In this document: piece after piece, positions 1 to 9,872 of the stretch | Layout: the number at the start of each line of letters is the position of its first letter | Position numbering within the stretch: the first letter of the stretch is position 1 | Assembly: GCA_963843375.1 (NCBI GenBank) | Contig: CAWJKT010000010.1 | Coordinates: 96,001 to 160,000, forward strand | DNA length: 64,000 nt | Source of the DNA: an uncultured Pseudomonadota bacterium | Lineage (GTDB): Bacteria; Oederibacteriota; Muellerivitia; Muellerivitales; Muellerivitaceae | Reading direction: 5' to 3' | Position numbers and translations under genes: made by a program | The notes under the pieces: model-generated | What the model was told of the DNA's origin: nothing | The model's database searches: none | Seen by the model: only the letters and a program-made list of their open reading frames with translations

Positions 1-167
1 TTGCTTTGAAATAACGAGGCCCCAACCACAGGTGTGGCCTCGTTGACCTCGGTGGCGACCGGGGTCACCGCCGGTGTATCCGTAGGCTTAACTTCATCCG
101 CGTAGCTGAAGGCCCGAAAGCCCAACAACAACATGGCGGCCATCAAAAGTCTTTTTACAGTCTTCAT
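1..167 (-). CDS. Secreted protein, N-terminal part only (runs off the window start)
   Basis: Manual translation from ATG at 167: MKTVKRLLMAAMLLLGFRAFSYA-DEVKPTDTPAVTPVAT..., a signal peptide followed by a Pro/Thr-rich linker. GGAGGAG SD upstream. Not in the ORF track. Confidence 0.7.
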   Translation of the reverse strand, partial: MKTVKRLLMAAMLLLGFRAFSYADEVKPTDTPAVTPVATEVNEATPVVGASLFQS

Positions 168-267
168 AATATTTCTCCTCCTTTTTTTAAAAAAACTCTT
201 CTTTTTACTCCCGATCCATTCCCCATCCCGACGCCGAAGATCGTAGTTCGGCACGGGAATTTCACTC

Positions 268-969
268 TCAGTTACCCGTTTCCTGAATCCCAAGTTTGAT
301 CACGTAATGGACGACGATTTTGTTGTCCACGTTCATGACCAGCGCCATGCTATAGGGTGACACTCCATAATCCTTTTGGAGGATATCTTGGTTTCCGTAA
401 AGCACTAAACCCTCCGGTCCGTTGAGCAGGGTAGCCTCAAGGACAATGTCCCTTTCCTGTCCGGCTATTTTCATCTTGCCTTGGGCAAGGATGGCATAGA
501 CGCCCGGTGTGCCGGGGAAGGGCTTGACCACGTAGTCGTTCATCTTGAAGACGATGTCGGGAAAATCCTTGGCCTTCAAGGTATTGGCGGCGTTCTTGTC
601 CATTCCATCTTCACCCGATTTCAGACCTGCAATAGGAACTGTCACGGTGAGATTGTGAATCTTCCGGTCAAGGATCAAGGATAAGAGACTTTTATCTTTG
701 GGGTCGGACTTGTCCACTTCGCTGGTAGCGGAAACCTGCGTAGCGTTGAAATAAAAACGGTGCACAGTAGAGTTGCCTTCCAACCAAAGCTCCGTACCAG
801 CCTTAAAATCCAGAGCTGGCTTTCCGGATTTGGCGTCGATTGGCCCTGCAACCGGCGTCGTGAGATAAACGGTTTTGGCCTTGCTTTCCGCATCATCCGC
901 CCGAAGGGCCGATGATAAGGGAAGGGATAAAGCCAAGACCGAAAGCACTGCAAGTTGAATCTTTTTCAT
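268..969 (-). CDS. YceI-family (polyisoprenoid/lipid-binding) periplasmic protein
   Basis: Signal peptide MKKIQLAVLSVLALSLPLSSALRA. YceI-like motifs EGNSTVHRF, VPIAGLKSG..MDKN, FPDIVF, DYGVSP. Start set at ATG 969 (GAGGAG SD). Confidence 0.8.
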   Translation of the reverse strand: MKKIQLAVLSVLALSLPLSSALRADDAESKAKTVYLTTPVAGPIDAKSGKPALDFKAGTELWLEGNSTVHRFYFNATQVSATSEVDKSDPKDKSLLSLILDRKIHNLTVTVPIAGLKSGEDGMDKNAANTLKAKDFPDIVFKMNDYVVKPFPGTPGVYAILAQGKMKIAGQERDIVLEATLLNGPEGLVLYGNQDILQKDYGVSPYSMALVMNVDNKIVVHYVIKLGIQETGN

Positions 970-1036
970 TTTTTCTCTCCTCGTAAAATTAACTTCATTT
1001 ACCACGCGCATCATGCCGATGATTCCAAATTTTCTT

Positions 1037-1052
1037 TATGAGCTTAGTCATA
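1037..1052. promoter_or_regulatory. Crp/Fnr-type palindrome TATGA-gcttag-TCATA
   Basis: Perfect 5-6-5 inverted repeat, 21 nt from a minus-strand CATGAT (-10-like, 1015-1010) facing the YceI gene. This places its centre at about -41.5. Confidence 0.7.
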
Positions 1053-1249
1053 TAAAAAAACTTTTTCGGTTTACATCCATCGACATTGATTCCTAGAGCA
1101 AGGGAAATGCCACTTCAAAGAACCTAATAAAAGGCGATTTAAAAAAGAATCCATTGGTTCAATTAGGGCATTGTGGTACCAACACCATAGCGTGAGCGCC
1201 ATAGACCAAAGGAGTTTTCGGCCTTTTCCTAGAATTCGAGAATTATCAA

Positions 1250-1265
1250 TATGAGCGGCGTCATA
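1250..1265. promoter_or_regulatory. Crp/Fnr-type palindrome TATGA-gcggcg-TCATA
   Basis: Perfect 5-6-5 inverted repeat upstream of the cNMP-domain gene, with GACAAT 20 nt downstream. Confidence 0.7.
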
Positions 1266-1322
1266 TGGGGGAGCATGAAAAAGCGGACAATGAATTCAGG
1301 ATATTAACCAAGGAGAATCGAA

Positions 1323-1823
1323 ATGCCGAACTTGGAACAAAGAATGACCAAGCACCCATTTTTAAGAAGCATCCCCGGCGATAACATTCGTCTTTTGGCG
1401 GAAGATACAACGCCGATGATATTCAAGCCGGGTGAAATGGTTTTTCGCCGGGGGATGAATGCCAATCATCTTTTCCTGGTGGAAAAGGGAATCGTTCTAG
1501 TGGGTTTGCTAAAATCCGAATCTGGAGGGCCCTTGACCATTGCGACGGTTACAAAAGGGGGCAGTTTGGGTTGGTCCTGGGCCTTTGAGCCTTATCGCTG
1601 GAAGTTTGATGCAAAGGCCAAGACTCGGGTGGAGGTTCTGGCGTTGGAAGGAAAACCCCTTCTCGCCAAGATGGGGAGGTATCCGCTTTTAGGATATGAA
1701 CTCATGAGTCACTTGGCGCTCTCACTATCCAAGGGTTTGGAAGCTACCCGCCACCAGTTAATCAAGCTTCATCACCGGAAGTCAAAAACCGACTTGATCT
1801 ATTTGCAGCAACCGTTATTTTAA
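1323..1823 (+). CDS. Cyclic-nucleotide-binding (Crp N-terminal-like) domain protein, no HTH
   Basis: FKPGEMVFRRG..ANHLFLVEKG, GGSLGWSW..PYRWKFDA. 166 aa, lacks a C-terminal HTH. AAGGAG SD. Confidence 0.85.
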   Translation: MPNLEQRMTKHPFLRSIPGDNIRLLAEDTTPMIFKPGEMVFRRGMNANHLFLVEKGIVLVGLLKSESGGPLTIATVTKGGSLGWSWAFEPYRWKFDAKAKTRVEVLALEGKPLLAKMGRYPLLGYELMSHLALSLSKGLEATRHQLIKLHHRKSKTDLIYLQQPLF

Positions 1824-1884
1824 GGGGTTCTAAGAAACATACATTACTTGGAATTTTGGTTTCTTATGCGGACGCAGGGACTAC

Positions 1885-2628
1885 TTATTCTACGGGCGGC
1901 GCAAAAACGAGGTCATAATGGATTTCGATTTCGTCCGTGCAACTTATGGAAGTCCCTTGAATTGAAATTGAAGGCAATTTCACCCCGTAATCGGACATTT
2001 TGAGCTTTTGAATTCCCTTCAAATGAATTTTGGCATCTTTGATTTCAATTATCGGGGACATTGTAATGGGAAGTGTTATTCCAGCAATCTTTAGGTTCCC
2101 AGTCGCCATCATGAGATTTCCTTTTAGGGTTTCACTTTCCAGATCGAATTCAATGGATGGATTTTCCTTGGAATGCAGGGCATTATAAACATTATTGTCC
2201 AAAGCCGTTTTCTTTGATTTCAAATTGCCCACAGGGACGACTAAAACCATCGAATCCACCCCATTGTTTTTGAGCGCTTCGGTCAATTCCGTCTTGGGTT
2301 CTTTCAACGACCCTGACGCTAAAAGAACAGTGGCATTTAAATGGTACTTGTGAACCTTATTTGAGTTCATTTGGTATTTGTAAAATATGGAATCCCCTTC
2401 CAAGTAAAGAAAACTACCCGTCTGGAGGACCAAGTCCGTTTTCACTGTGGGATCAACAGGTCCAACAGACTGGGCTGCACTCTCGTACCAATGTGGTGCT
2501 CCTGGCTTGAGCTGATTGTTGGCGTTTGGAGTCGTCAACGGGTTAACCTGGCTGTCAGCTAAAACGTTTAGAGTCGCGGCCGTTACGAACCCCGTCATGG
2601 CGAACCGTAGTAATAATGATTTCGTCAT
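1885..2628 (-). CDS. YceI-family periplasmic protein (paralog of 268-969)
   Basis: Signal peptide; VPVGNLKS..LDNNVYNAL..NPSIEF, GNLKIAG, MSDYGVK. GGAGG SD. Confidence 0.8.
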   Translation of the reverse strand: MTKSLLLRFAMTGFVTAATLNVLADSQVNPLTTPNANNQLKPGAPHWYESAAQSVGPVDPTVKTDLVLQTGSFLYLEGDSIFYKYQMNSNKVHKYHLNATVLLASGSLKEPKTELTEALKNNGVDSMVLVVPVGNLKSKKTALDNNVYNALHSKENPSIEFDLESETLKGNLMMATGNLKIAGITLPITMSPIIEIKDAKIHLKGIQKLKMSDYGVKLPSISIQGTSISCTDEIEIHYDLVFAPPVE

Positions 2629-2715
2629 CGCATGCCTCCCTTTAACGAATCGATATCGAGTGAATAATTTTATTTATTAAGCATTCAAATCATGCCAGTC
2701 TCCCTGGATTTTTAT

Positions 2716-2731
2716 TATGACTTAGAGCACA
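2716..2731. promoter_or_regulatory. Crp/Fnr-type site TATGA-cttaga-GCACA
   Basis: Same 21-nt spacing to a minus-strand CATGAT (2694-2689) as the site before the first YceI gene. Confidence 0.6.
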
Positions 2732-2797
2732 AAAAAATAATTTTAAGCGCTTAAAACGGCAGTAAAAACAACCCGATAAAAAAAGAAATTGAAAAAA

Positions 2798-2813
2798 TAT
2801 GATCCCAATCATA
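2798..2813. promoter_or_regulatory. Crp/Fnr-type palindrome TATGA-tcccaa-TCATA
   Basis: Extends to AATATGA-N6-TCATATT. Upstream of the sensor kinase, with CATCAT 20 nt downstream. Confidence 0.7.
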
Positions 2814-2879
2814 TTGGCGTTCCCCGTTTGGAGCATCATAGCTTTGTAAAGGTTTCCCAATTCAGGTGGAGGAAAATTC

Positions 2880-4259
2880 GTGGAGCCATTTTGGGGGGAA
2901 GGAATCTATGTAAAAAAAGGCGGATGGTTTATCGGCTTAAGATGGATTGCGGTCGCCGGCGGACTTTTGATTCTGATAGTCGCTCCTTTTTTAGTTCCCT
3001 TGGATGTTAAGTATGAAAGATTATCGACTGTTCTTCTCTTTGGCGGGTTTTTGAACGGGGTTTATTATTGGTATTGGAATCATTTAAAGCGTATAGGTCT
3101 TTCCCAAACCGAATGGACCAAAAAGGTGGAATGGTTTCTTCATATTCAAATGGGTGGGGATCTCTTGGCTCTTACCCTTTTGCTTTTATTCAGCGGTGGA
3201 TCCAATAATCCTCTGATTTTTTTCTACCTTTTCCATCTCGCTATTGGGGCCATTCTTTTCGACCGGGTGCAAAGCCTGCCCTATGCCCTGGCTGCTTTGG
3301 CCATCCCTTGGCTACTCTACTGGGTGGAACCCTTGACTAATCCAACTCAAAATCTTTGGAAAGGACTCGGAGAAATCCAGCCAGAGCATCAAAAGGCCAT
3401 CTTGTTGGCCTACTCCCTGACGGTTGCCGGCCTTTGGTTTTTCCTCACGAACCTGGCGGAAGACTTGAGGGGAAAGGAACGGAATCTTTGGGAGACGGGA
3501 GAAAAACTTCATATCGCCAATACCGAATTGAAAGAATTGGATATTTTTAAAAACCGGTTTTTAAAACAAGTGGTCATGCAAGTCAAGGACCCCTTGATGG
3601 AACTGGGATTGGAATTGGGTAAAGTCGAAAAGAACATTGCGGGTTCGGATGAAATCGCTTCGAGGGCGATTGAGATGGCCAAAAAACAGATTTGGGTTCT
3701 CTTGCAGTTGATTGAAGATTTAGTTTGGATTTCCAGAACTCGGGCCCAGGACAACTCCTTCAAACGTGATTGGGTGGATGTTTACGAAACTTTAAGAAAG
3801 TGCATTCAGGCAAAAGAGGAGCAGGCAGGAAAAAAGGGAATCCATTTTTTACTTCACGGGGAGCCTCAGGTCCGTTTGAGAGCGGATCCAGAGTCTTTTC
3901 AAAAAGCCGCGGATAATTTGATCGCCAATGCCGTCCAATATACACCGGAAGGTTGGGGCGATATTCTTGTAGAGTTCAAAATTGAGGGAGATTGGTTGGA
4001 ATTTGCCGTCGAAGACCACGGAATCGGTATTTCACCCAAGAATCAGAAAAATTTGTTTCAGGAGTTCTACCGTGGTTCCAATGCCAAAAGACAAGAAAAG
4101 TTCGGAACGGGACTGGGCCTTTCAATCGTCAAATCAATAATTAATCTGCATGGAGGAAAAATCCAAGTACGAAGCGAACCCAAAAAGGGAACGAGAGTGG
4201 ATACTTGGTGGCCGCACGTTCATGATGAGGCAAGTCCGGAACCGACAAAAATCAACTAG
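2880..4259 (+). CDS. Membrane sensor histidine kinase-like protein (HATPase_c), degenerate H-box
   Basis: About 5-6 TM segments. N box NLIANAVQY, G1 EDHGIGI, F LFQEFYR, G2 GTGLGLSIVK. H-box reads VMQVKDPL instead of SHELRTPL. Confidence 0.85.
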   Translation: MEPFWGEGIYVKKGGWFIGLRWIAVAGGLLILIVAPFLVPLDVKYERLSTVLLFGGFLNGVYYWYWNHLKRIGLSQTEWTKKVEWFLHIQMGGDLLALTLLLLFSGGSNNPLIFFYLFHLAIGAILFDRVQSLPYALAALAIPWLLYWVEPLTNPTQNLWKGLGEIQPEHQKAILLAYSLTVAGLWFFLTNLAEDLRGKERNLWETGEKLHIANTELKELDIFKNRFLKQVVMQVKDPLMELGLELGKVEKNIAGSDEIASRAIEMAKKQIWVLLQLIEDLVWISRTRAQDNSFKRDWVDVYETLRKCIQAKEEQAGKKGIHFLLHGEPQVRLRADPESFQKAADNLIANAVQYTPEGWGDILVEFKIEGDWLEFAVEDHGIGISPKNQKNLFQEFYRGSNAKRQEKFGTGLGLSIVKSIINLHGGKIQVRSEPKKGTRVDTWWPHVHDEASPEPTKIN

Positions 4260-5278
4260 GTTCGGTTAATTAGGGCGTCCCCCATTTGCAAAACAGCGGC
4301 TCCCTCCAGGCGTCCTGCGCGAAGATCCGCAAGGGCTTCGTTGGCTTTACTCAAAGGATAAACCTTGACATGGGTTTTGATGGGAATTTGGGGTGCCAGT
4401 TTCAGGAATTCCTCGCCGTCTTGCCGGGTTAGATTCGCGACGGACCGGATTTGCCGCTCGCCCCATAAAATGGAATAAGGGAAAGAAGGAATGTCACTCA
4501 TGTGTATGCCCGCACATACGACTATTCCGCCCTTGACGACCGCTCGAAGAGCCAGAGGAACCAATTCTCCCACCGGGGCGAAAATAATGGCGGCATCCAG
4601 TAATTTTGGCGGTTTTTTCGCCGATTCTCCCACCCAATCCGCTCCGAGTTCTTTTGCAAAGGCCTGATTTTCACTATTGCCAGGACGGGTGAAGACATAA
4701 ACTTCACGATTTTGGTGCTTCGCAACTTGGATTAAAAGATGAGCCGACGCGCCGAATCCGTAAAACCCCAATCTTTTTCCTTCCCCTGCCATCCGAAGGG
4801 CCCGGTAGCCGATCAAACCAGCGCATAACAAGGGCGCCGCTTGAAGATCGGGATAACTTGGAGGAATCGGAAAAGTGAAATTTTGATCTGCCAGGCAATA
4901 TTCGGCAAAGCCACCATCCAATTGGTATCCCGTGTAGCGGGCAAGGTCGCACAAGTTTTCCTTCCCGGCCATGCAATAATCGCAAGTTCCGCAACTTCCT
5001 CCCAGCCATGGGACGCCAACTCGTTCACCCATTTTAAAGGCCACTACCCCGGGACCTAAGCCTTCCACCACTCCGACGATTTGATGACCAGGGACCAGCG
5101 GCAACTTCGGCTCTTTCAAGTCGCCATCCAACAAATGAAGGTCGGTGCGACAAACCCCGCAAGCCTTGATCTGGACAAGTACTTGACCGGCAAGGGGAAT
5201 AGGTTTGGGAAGGACAACCGGTTTTAATGGTTTTCCAACGGAATCTAGAACCATAGCATTCATGAAGGGGCGATCCAT
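4256..5278 (-). CDS. Zinc-dependent alcohol dehydrogenase (MDR family)
   Basis: CGVCRTDLH, PGHQIVG, structural Zn motif CGTCDYC..ENLC, AAPLLCAG, GFYGFGASA. Confidence 0.95.
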   Translation of the reverse strand: MDRPFMNAMVLDSVGKPLKPVVLPKPIPLAGQVLVQIKACGVCRTDLHLLDGDLKEPKLPLVPGHQIVGVVEGLGPGVVAFKMGERVGVPWLGGSCGTCDYCMAGKENLCDLARYTGYQLDGGFAEYCLADQNFTFPIPPSYPDLQAAPLLCAGLIGYRALRMAGEGKRLGFYGFGASAHLLIQVAKHQNREVYVFTRPGNSENQAFAKELGADWVGESAKKPPKLLDAAIIFAPVGELVPLALRAVVKGGIVVCAGIHMSDIPSFPYSILWGERQIRSVANLTRQDGEEFLKLAPQIPIKTHVKVYPLSKANEALADLRAGRLEGAAVLQMGDALINRT

Positions 5279-5320
5279 AAGAACAGTTTAACAGTTCTTT
5301 TGAATTTCATGGCGCCGTCG

Positions 5321-5524
5321 CTATTTGACGTTCTTAATTTTAATTTCTGACGGATCGGGTGGGGGAAGAAAATGCATCGAAAGCGATTTAGAGATCAAAC
5401 CCTGCGTGGGGTCCAAATAAACAGAATCTTTCACGCGCGGGCATTTAATGGTGCGACGACAATTATCACTCCATTTCCGATGTAGTGCCTCAAAAAATTC
5501 TTTTAATATCTTCGATTTCTGCAT
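5321..5524 (-). CDS. Small hypothetical protein (67 aa)
   Basis: ATG with a GGAG SD, lying between the Crp-box promoter and adh on the same strand. No recognisable domain. Confidence 0.35.
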   Translation of the reverse strand: MQKSKILKEFFEALHRKWSDNCRRTIKCPRVKDSVYLDPTQGLISKSLSMHFLPPPDPSEIKIKNVK

Positions 5525-5619
5525 TTGAAGCTCCGGTTTTCATTCTGGTAAAAGGGGTAACTTAAAAGCTCCTCCAATTCCAGGATGTGACGTATCCAAT
5601 ATGGTCAAGTTCTTTTTAA

Positions 5620-5645
5620 CTCTCTATGACGTCGGTCATAGAGAG
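5620..5645. promoter_or_regulatory. Extended palindrome CTCTCTATGAC-gtcg-GTCATAGAGAG containing TATGA-N6-TCATA
   Basis: Perfect 11-bp arms. Core (5625-5640) is 21 nt from a minus-strand CATATT (5603-5598) and 33 nt before the Crp/Fnr ATG. Confidence 0.7.
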
Positions 5646-5673
5646 CCCGTAAAAAGACCCGTAATTTAACCCA

Positions 5674-6333
5674 ATGAACACAAAAAGTTTTCTTTCCACA
5701 ATGGAAGTTCTGAAAAATCTGCCGGCGGATCGGTTGGCCGAGTTTGAAAAAAAGATGGTGGAGAAGAAATATCCAAAGGGTTCTTCTATTTTTCTTGAAG
5801 GCGACCCGGCGGATTATGTTTGGTTTGTAAAGGAAGGTCATGTGAAGGCCGTGATCCATTCCGCGGGAGGCAAGGACATGACTCTCTGCATGGTGGGTGC
5901 CACCAGCATGTTCGGAACCTGTTGTTGTTTTGGAGGCGGTCAATATCCATGCAACAGTATGGCCGAAACCGACACAACGGTAGTGGCTTATCCCATGAAG
6001 GAGTTCCTGGGGCTGCTGGAAAAATACCCCGCAATGTCCAAAGCAGTTGTACAGGCCCTTTCGGAAAGGTTGCGTCAATCCAAGGACATGCAGGTTTTTG
6101 AGCAGGAAAGCGTTGAAAAACGAATTCTGCATGTTTTGATCGGCTTGGTGTCGGAATTCGGAAACACGATTCCTTTAACCCGTCGGGAAATTTCCGAAAT
6201 GTGTGGAACAACCGTGGAAACCTGTATTCGCACCTTTTCCCATTTGGAAAAGGAGGGATTGGTTTCAAGTACGCGCGGAAAAATAACAGTGCGCAATGTT
6301 CGGGATCTCCTGGACCGGCAAGGGGCGTCTTAA
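5674..6333 (+). CDS. Crp/Fnr family transcriptional regulator, Cys-rich
   Basis: YPKGSSIFLEGDPADYVWFVKEG cNMP fold; HTH LTRREISEMCGTTVETCIRTFSHL. Confidence 0.95.
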   Translation: MNTKSFLSTMEVLKNLPADRLAEFEKKMVEKKYPKGSSIFLEGDPADYVWFVKEGHVKAVIHSAGGKDMTLCMVGATSMFGTCCCFGGGQYPCNSMAETDTTVVAYPMKEFLGLLEKYPAMSKAVVQALSERLRQSKDMQVFEQESVEKRILHVLIGLVSEFGNTIPLTRREISEMCGTTVETCIRTFSHLEKEGLVSSTRGKITVRNVRDLLDRQGAS

Positions 6334-6361
6334 CGACCTGCCCTAAATCTCTTTTTTCTGG

Positions 6362-9100
6362 TTACTTCAACTCGAGGTAGGCAGTTACATATTCATCGCC
6401 TGATTTTTGTGTTTCCGTAAAATTGAATTTTCGGCAAACGGCTCGCATAGCTTGGTTTTCGGGAAGAATATAGGCGAACACTCTGCCAATTTTCTCTGCC
6501 TTTCCCGCTTTTAAAAGGGATCCGAGGATTTCGGTTCCCAAACCACGTTTGTGCCATCGGTCTTCCACCAGTGTGGCAAATTCAGCGTCATCCCCAAACT
6601 TCGAACGACTCAAGCGGCCGATTGCGGCTATTTCTTTTTCACCTTTTGTATTTATTGTTTCTGCCACCAGAACGATTTCCCGGTCGTAGTCCACGTAACA
6701 AGTCCGGGTAAGTCGTTCATGAGTTGTTCGGGTGCTCAGCTTGATGTCTTGGAAATACCTCATGTAAACACTTTGAGCCGAAAGCGTCTCATGGAAATTC
6801 ATCAGTAAGGGTTCATCCTCTGGACGGATGGGCCGTAAGGTAAAGGGTTCGCCCAGGTTTGATTTCCATTGGGTGATATATTGGCTCGGATAAGGACGTA
6901 TGGCGAGTCGTGGAAGCTTTTCCAATGGGGTGGTTGGGTCATGCAATACGACTCTCGCGTCCAATGCGATGAGTGCGTTAGGCGAAGCCAGGAGGGGATT
7001 AATATCCAATTCCTTTATGAGCGGCTGTTCAGCGATTAGTCGGCTAAACCTGACCAGCAGCTGTTCCAGAGCCAACAGGTCCACGGGCTTGCGACCCCGC
7101 ACCCCTTGTAAGGCTCCAAAAATTTTGGTTCGTTCCATGAGTCTTCGAGCCAGGGTAGTGTTCAAGGGGGGAAGCGCCAAGGCACGGTCTTTATAAACTT
7201 CCACCATCTGCCCGCCGGAACCGAACAATAAAACCGGGCCCACCTGGGGATCAAGGCTACTGCCTAAAATGATTTCATAACCTTCCAAGGACACCATGGG
7301 TTGAACCGTCACGCCTTGAAAGTGGTTCGCCCCTTCCAGCTTTGTTACTGAGTCTTTGATCTCCTCAAAAGCGCGTTTAACCGAAGTTTCGTCCTTTAGG
7401 TTCAGCTTCACTCCCCCAACATCGGTCTTGTGGGTGATGGTAAGAGAATGCAGTTTTAGAACAACGGGATAACCCAATTGAGATGCGGTTTTTGCTGCTT
7501 CTTCCGCGCTTGGGGCTAGAAGAGTCTTGACCGTTGGAATCCCATAAGCCTCCAATAGCAATTTGGATTCCAGTTCCGTCAAAAGAGTACGGCCTTCCTG
7601 TCCGGCCTTGGTCAAAATGGACCAGGCTCCTTCCGGATCTGGGGAAGAACCGCCTTCGGAAAGGCTGGGCGTCTCATAAAGGGCCTTCAAGTTATAACTG
7701 TATTGCCACATGTAATTAAACATTCGACAAGCGGTATCCGGAAAAGGAAAGCAGGGCAGGTTGGCTTGACTGAGGATATTTCTCCCCATCTCCACGTCCG
7801 CTCCTCCCATCCAACTGGCGAGAATGGGCCGGTCCTCCAACTTTGCGAATGTCGCTACCTGTTTTGCGGTTTCCGTTGGGTCGGTCATGGCTTGGGGAGT
7901 CAGGATGATCAAAAGTCCATCATTCCCGGGGTCTTTGGAAAGGGTTTCTACCGCCTTCCCGAACCGCCCGGGATCCGCATCCCCCAAAACATCCACTGGA
8001 TTGCCATGGCTCCAGGCGGAAGGCAGAAAGGATGAAAGGGTTTCTTTCGTTTCGGGTAAAAGTTCGGCCAATTCACCCTGGCCCTCGATTAAGGCGTCGG
8101 TGGCCAGGACTCCGGGCCCACCTGCATTAGTTACGAGGCAAAGCCTTCGGCCTTTAGGGCGAGGTTGTTTGGAAAGGATGTCCGCCATATAGAATAGATG
8201 GGAAATATGGTCCACGCTCAATATCCCGCAACGCCGAAAGGCCGCTTCCAAAACCTCATCGCTTCCTGCAAGTGATCCGGTATGGGATGCCGCGGCTTTG
8301 GCGGCGGCTTCCGTGCGGCCCGCTTTGATAACAATGATAGGTTTCGTGAGCGCCACTTCGCGGGCCGCTGAAAGAAAGGCTCTTGCATCACCAATGGTTT
8401 CCATATACAGAACAATACTTTGGGTTTTGGGGTCATTTCCCAGGTAGTCAATCATATCTCCCCAGCCCACATCCAACATGGAACCCAAGGAAACAATGGA
8501 GCTGAAGCCAACATTCTCCTGCAAACTCCAATCCAAAACGCCGTTAAAAGGGCGCCGCTTTGGCTTACAAATGCCACGTTCCCGGTGCGTGCCATCGTAT
8601 TGGCGAAGGTTGCGTTCAATCCCGAAATCGGATTCATAACACCCAGGCAGTTGGGGCCAATGATCCGCATGCGAGCTGGCTTGGCTTTAGCGAGAACTTG
8701 CTTTTCCAATTCGGCTCCATTGCGGGCCCACTTCTTTGAAGCCCGCCGAAATGATAATGGCTGCCTTCACCCCAATCTCAACGCACTGGGCGACTAAGTC
8801 GGGGACAGTCGGCGCGGGTGTCATGATCACCGCAAGGTCGATTGGATCGTGAAGATCGGAAATCCTGGGAACAGCCTTGACGCCTAAAACACTGGAGTGG
8901 TTTGGATTGATAGGAAACACAGCCCCGCCGAATGGAGTTTTCAAGAGATTGGAAAGAAGGGTCCGTCCTACCGTGCCGGCTTTTCCAGTGGCCCCAATGA
9001 CCGCCACACTCTTCGGACTGAAAAAAAGCTCCAGGGGATTTGGCTGTGTACGTAAAAAATCATGAGAACGGTCGGCAAGGGGTTTCGAATCAATGTTCAT
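6362..9100 (-). CDS. Acyl-CoA ligase (ADP-forming)-like / GNAT fusion (Pat/Pka-type); two apparent frameshifts near 8700 and 8535
   Basis: Three consecutive ORFs give [34 protein letters not shown]-grasp [15 protein letters not shown] and a C-terminal [17 protein letters not shown]. Confidence 0.9.
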
Positions 9101-9390
9101 GGCGATATCCTAAGGTGCATGTATTCGAAAAGAAAGCAGAGGATTCCCCCACACGATGAAATAAATGGTTCGGTTCCAGAGCCGGGCAAAATTGCCTTAA
9201 ACAACTCGGGAAATTTGATGTAACCGAGGTGGAGACGATAAGTCGATTGTTGAATCTTCAAAAGCTTCGGAGAACAGGCAGGAATCTTGTTTAACCCTCA
9301 TTTCAACCAATTCGGATTGATTGCTTGTTTTTTTGAGGGTTTTGATTAAAATTGCTCCCTCGGTTTTAAGCCGGGGTTGTCAAATAAGTT

Positions 9391-9466
9391 GGGGGCGTAG
9401 CTCAGCTGGGAGAGCACTTCCATGGCATGGAAGGGGTCGTGGGTTCGATCCCCATCGCCTCCACCA
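9391..9466 (+). tRNA. tRNA-Ala (GGC)
   Basis: 76-nt cloverleaf: acceptor GGGGGCG/CGCCTCC with G3:U70, anticodon arm CTTCC-ATGGCAT-GGAAG, T loop TTCGATC, encoded CCA. Confidence 0.98.
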
Positions 9467-9531
9467 TTCTTTCTTGATGTTCAACTGATGGTCTTGAGAT
9501 CAAAAAAGAGTCGTGTTTCTCAACTTGGATT

Positions 9532-9575
9532 AACAAAAAAGCATCCGCATTAAATGGCGGGTGTTTTTTTGTTTT
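9532..9575 (+). terminator. Intrinsic terminator after tRNA-Ala
   Basis: AACAAAAAAGCATCCGC-ATTAAATG-GCGGGTGTTTTTTTGTT hairpin with U-tract. Confidence 0.75.
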
Positions 9576-9872
9576 AGCAACATCCGAACCTAGGTTTTAA
9601 TCGTTTTTTTAGCAAGCTTATCCAAATTAACTCTTCCTTTTTCATCATTTAACTTACCCTTTTTCAATCAACTTTTTAAATGTTAGTCGAACACCCTTAC
9701 ACGGGGTTCGTTCTTCGAGAAAGAGAAGGCCTTGCTAGGTATTTATTGGTTGCATACTATAAAATGACCATCGATTGAAAAATGTTTAAAAACCGGATTG
9801 TATTCTTTTCCAAGAATTACTTGAATTTAGCTTGGTTACTTCAGGAATATATAAAACCTAAGGCGCTGAAAA

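Noticed and set aside
9391..9870. tRNA-Ala as an integration site
   Set aside because: No integrase and no duplicated tRNA 3' end seen; housekeeping dgt follows.
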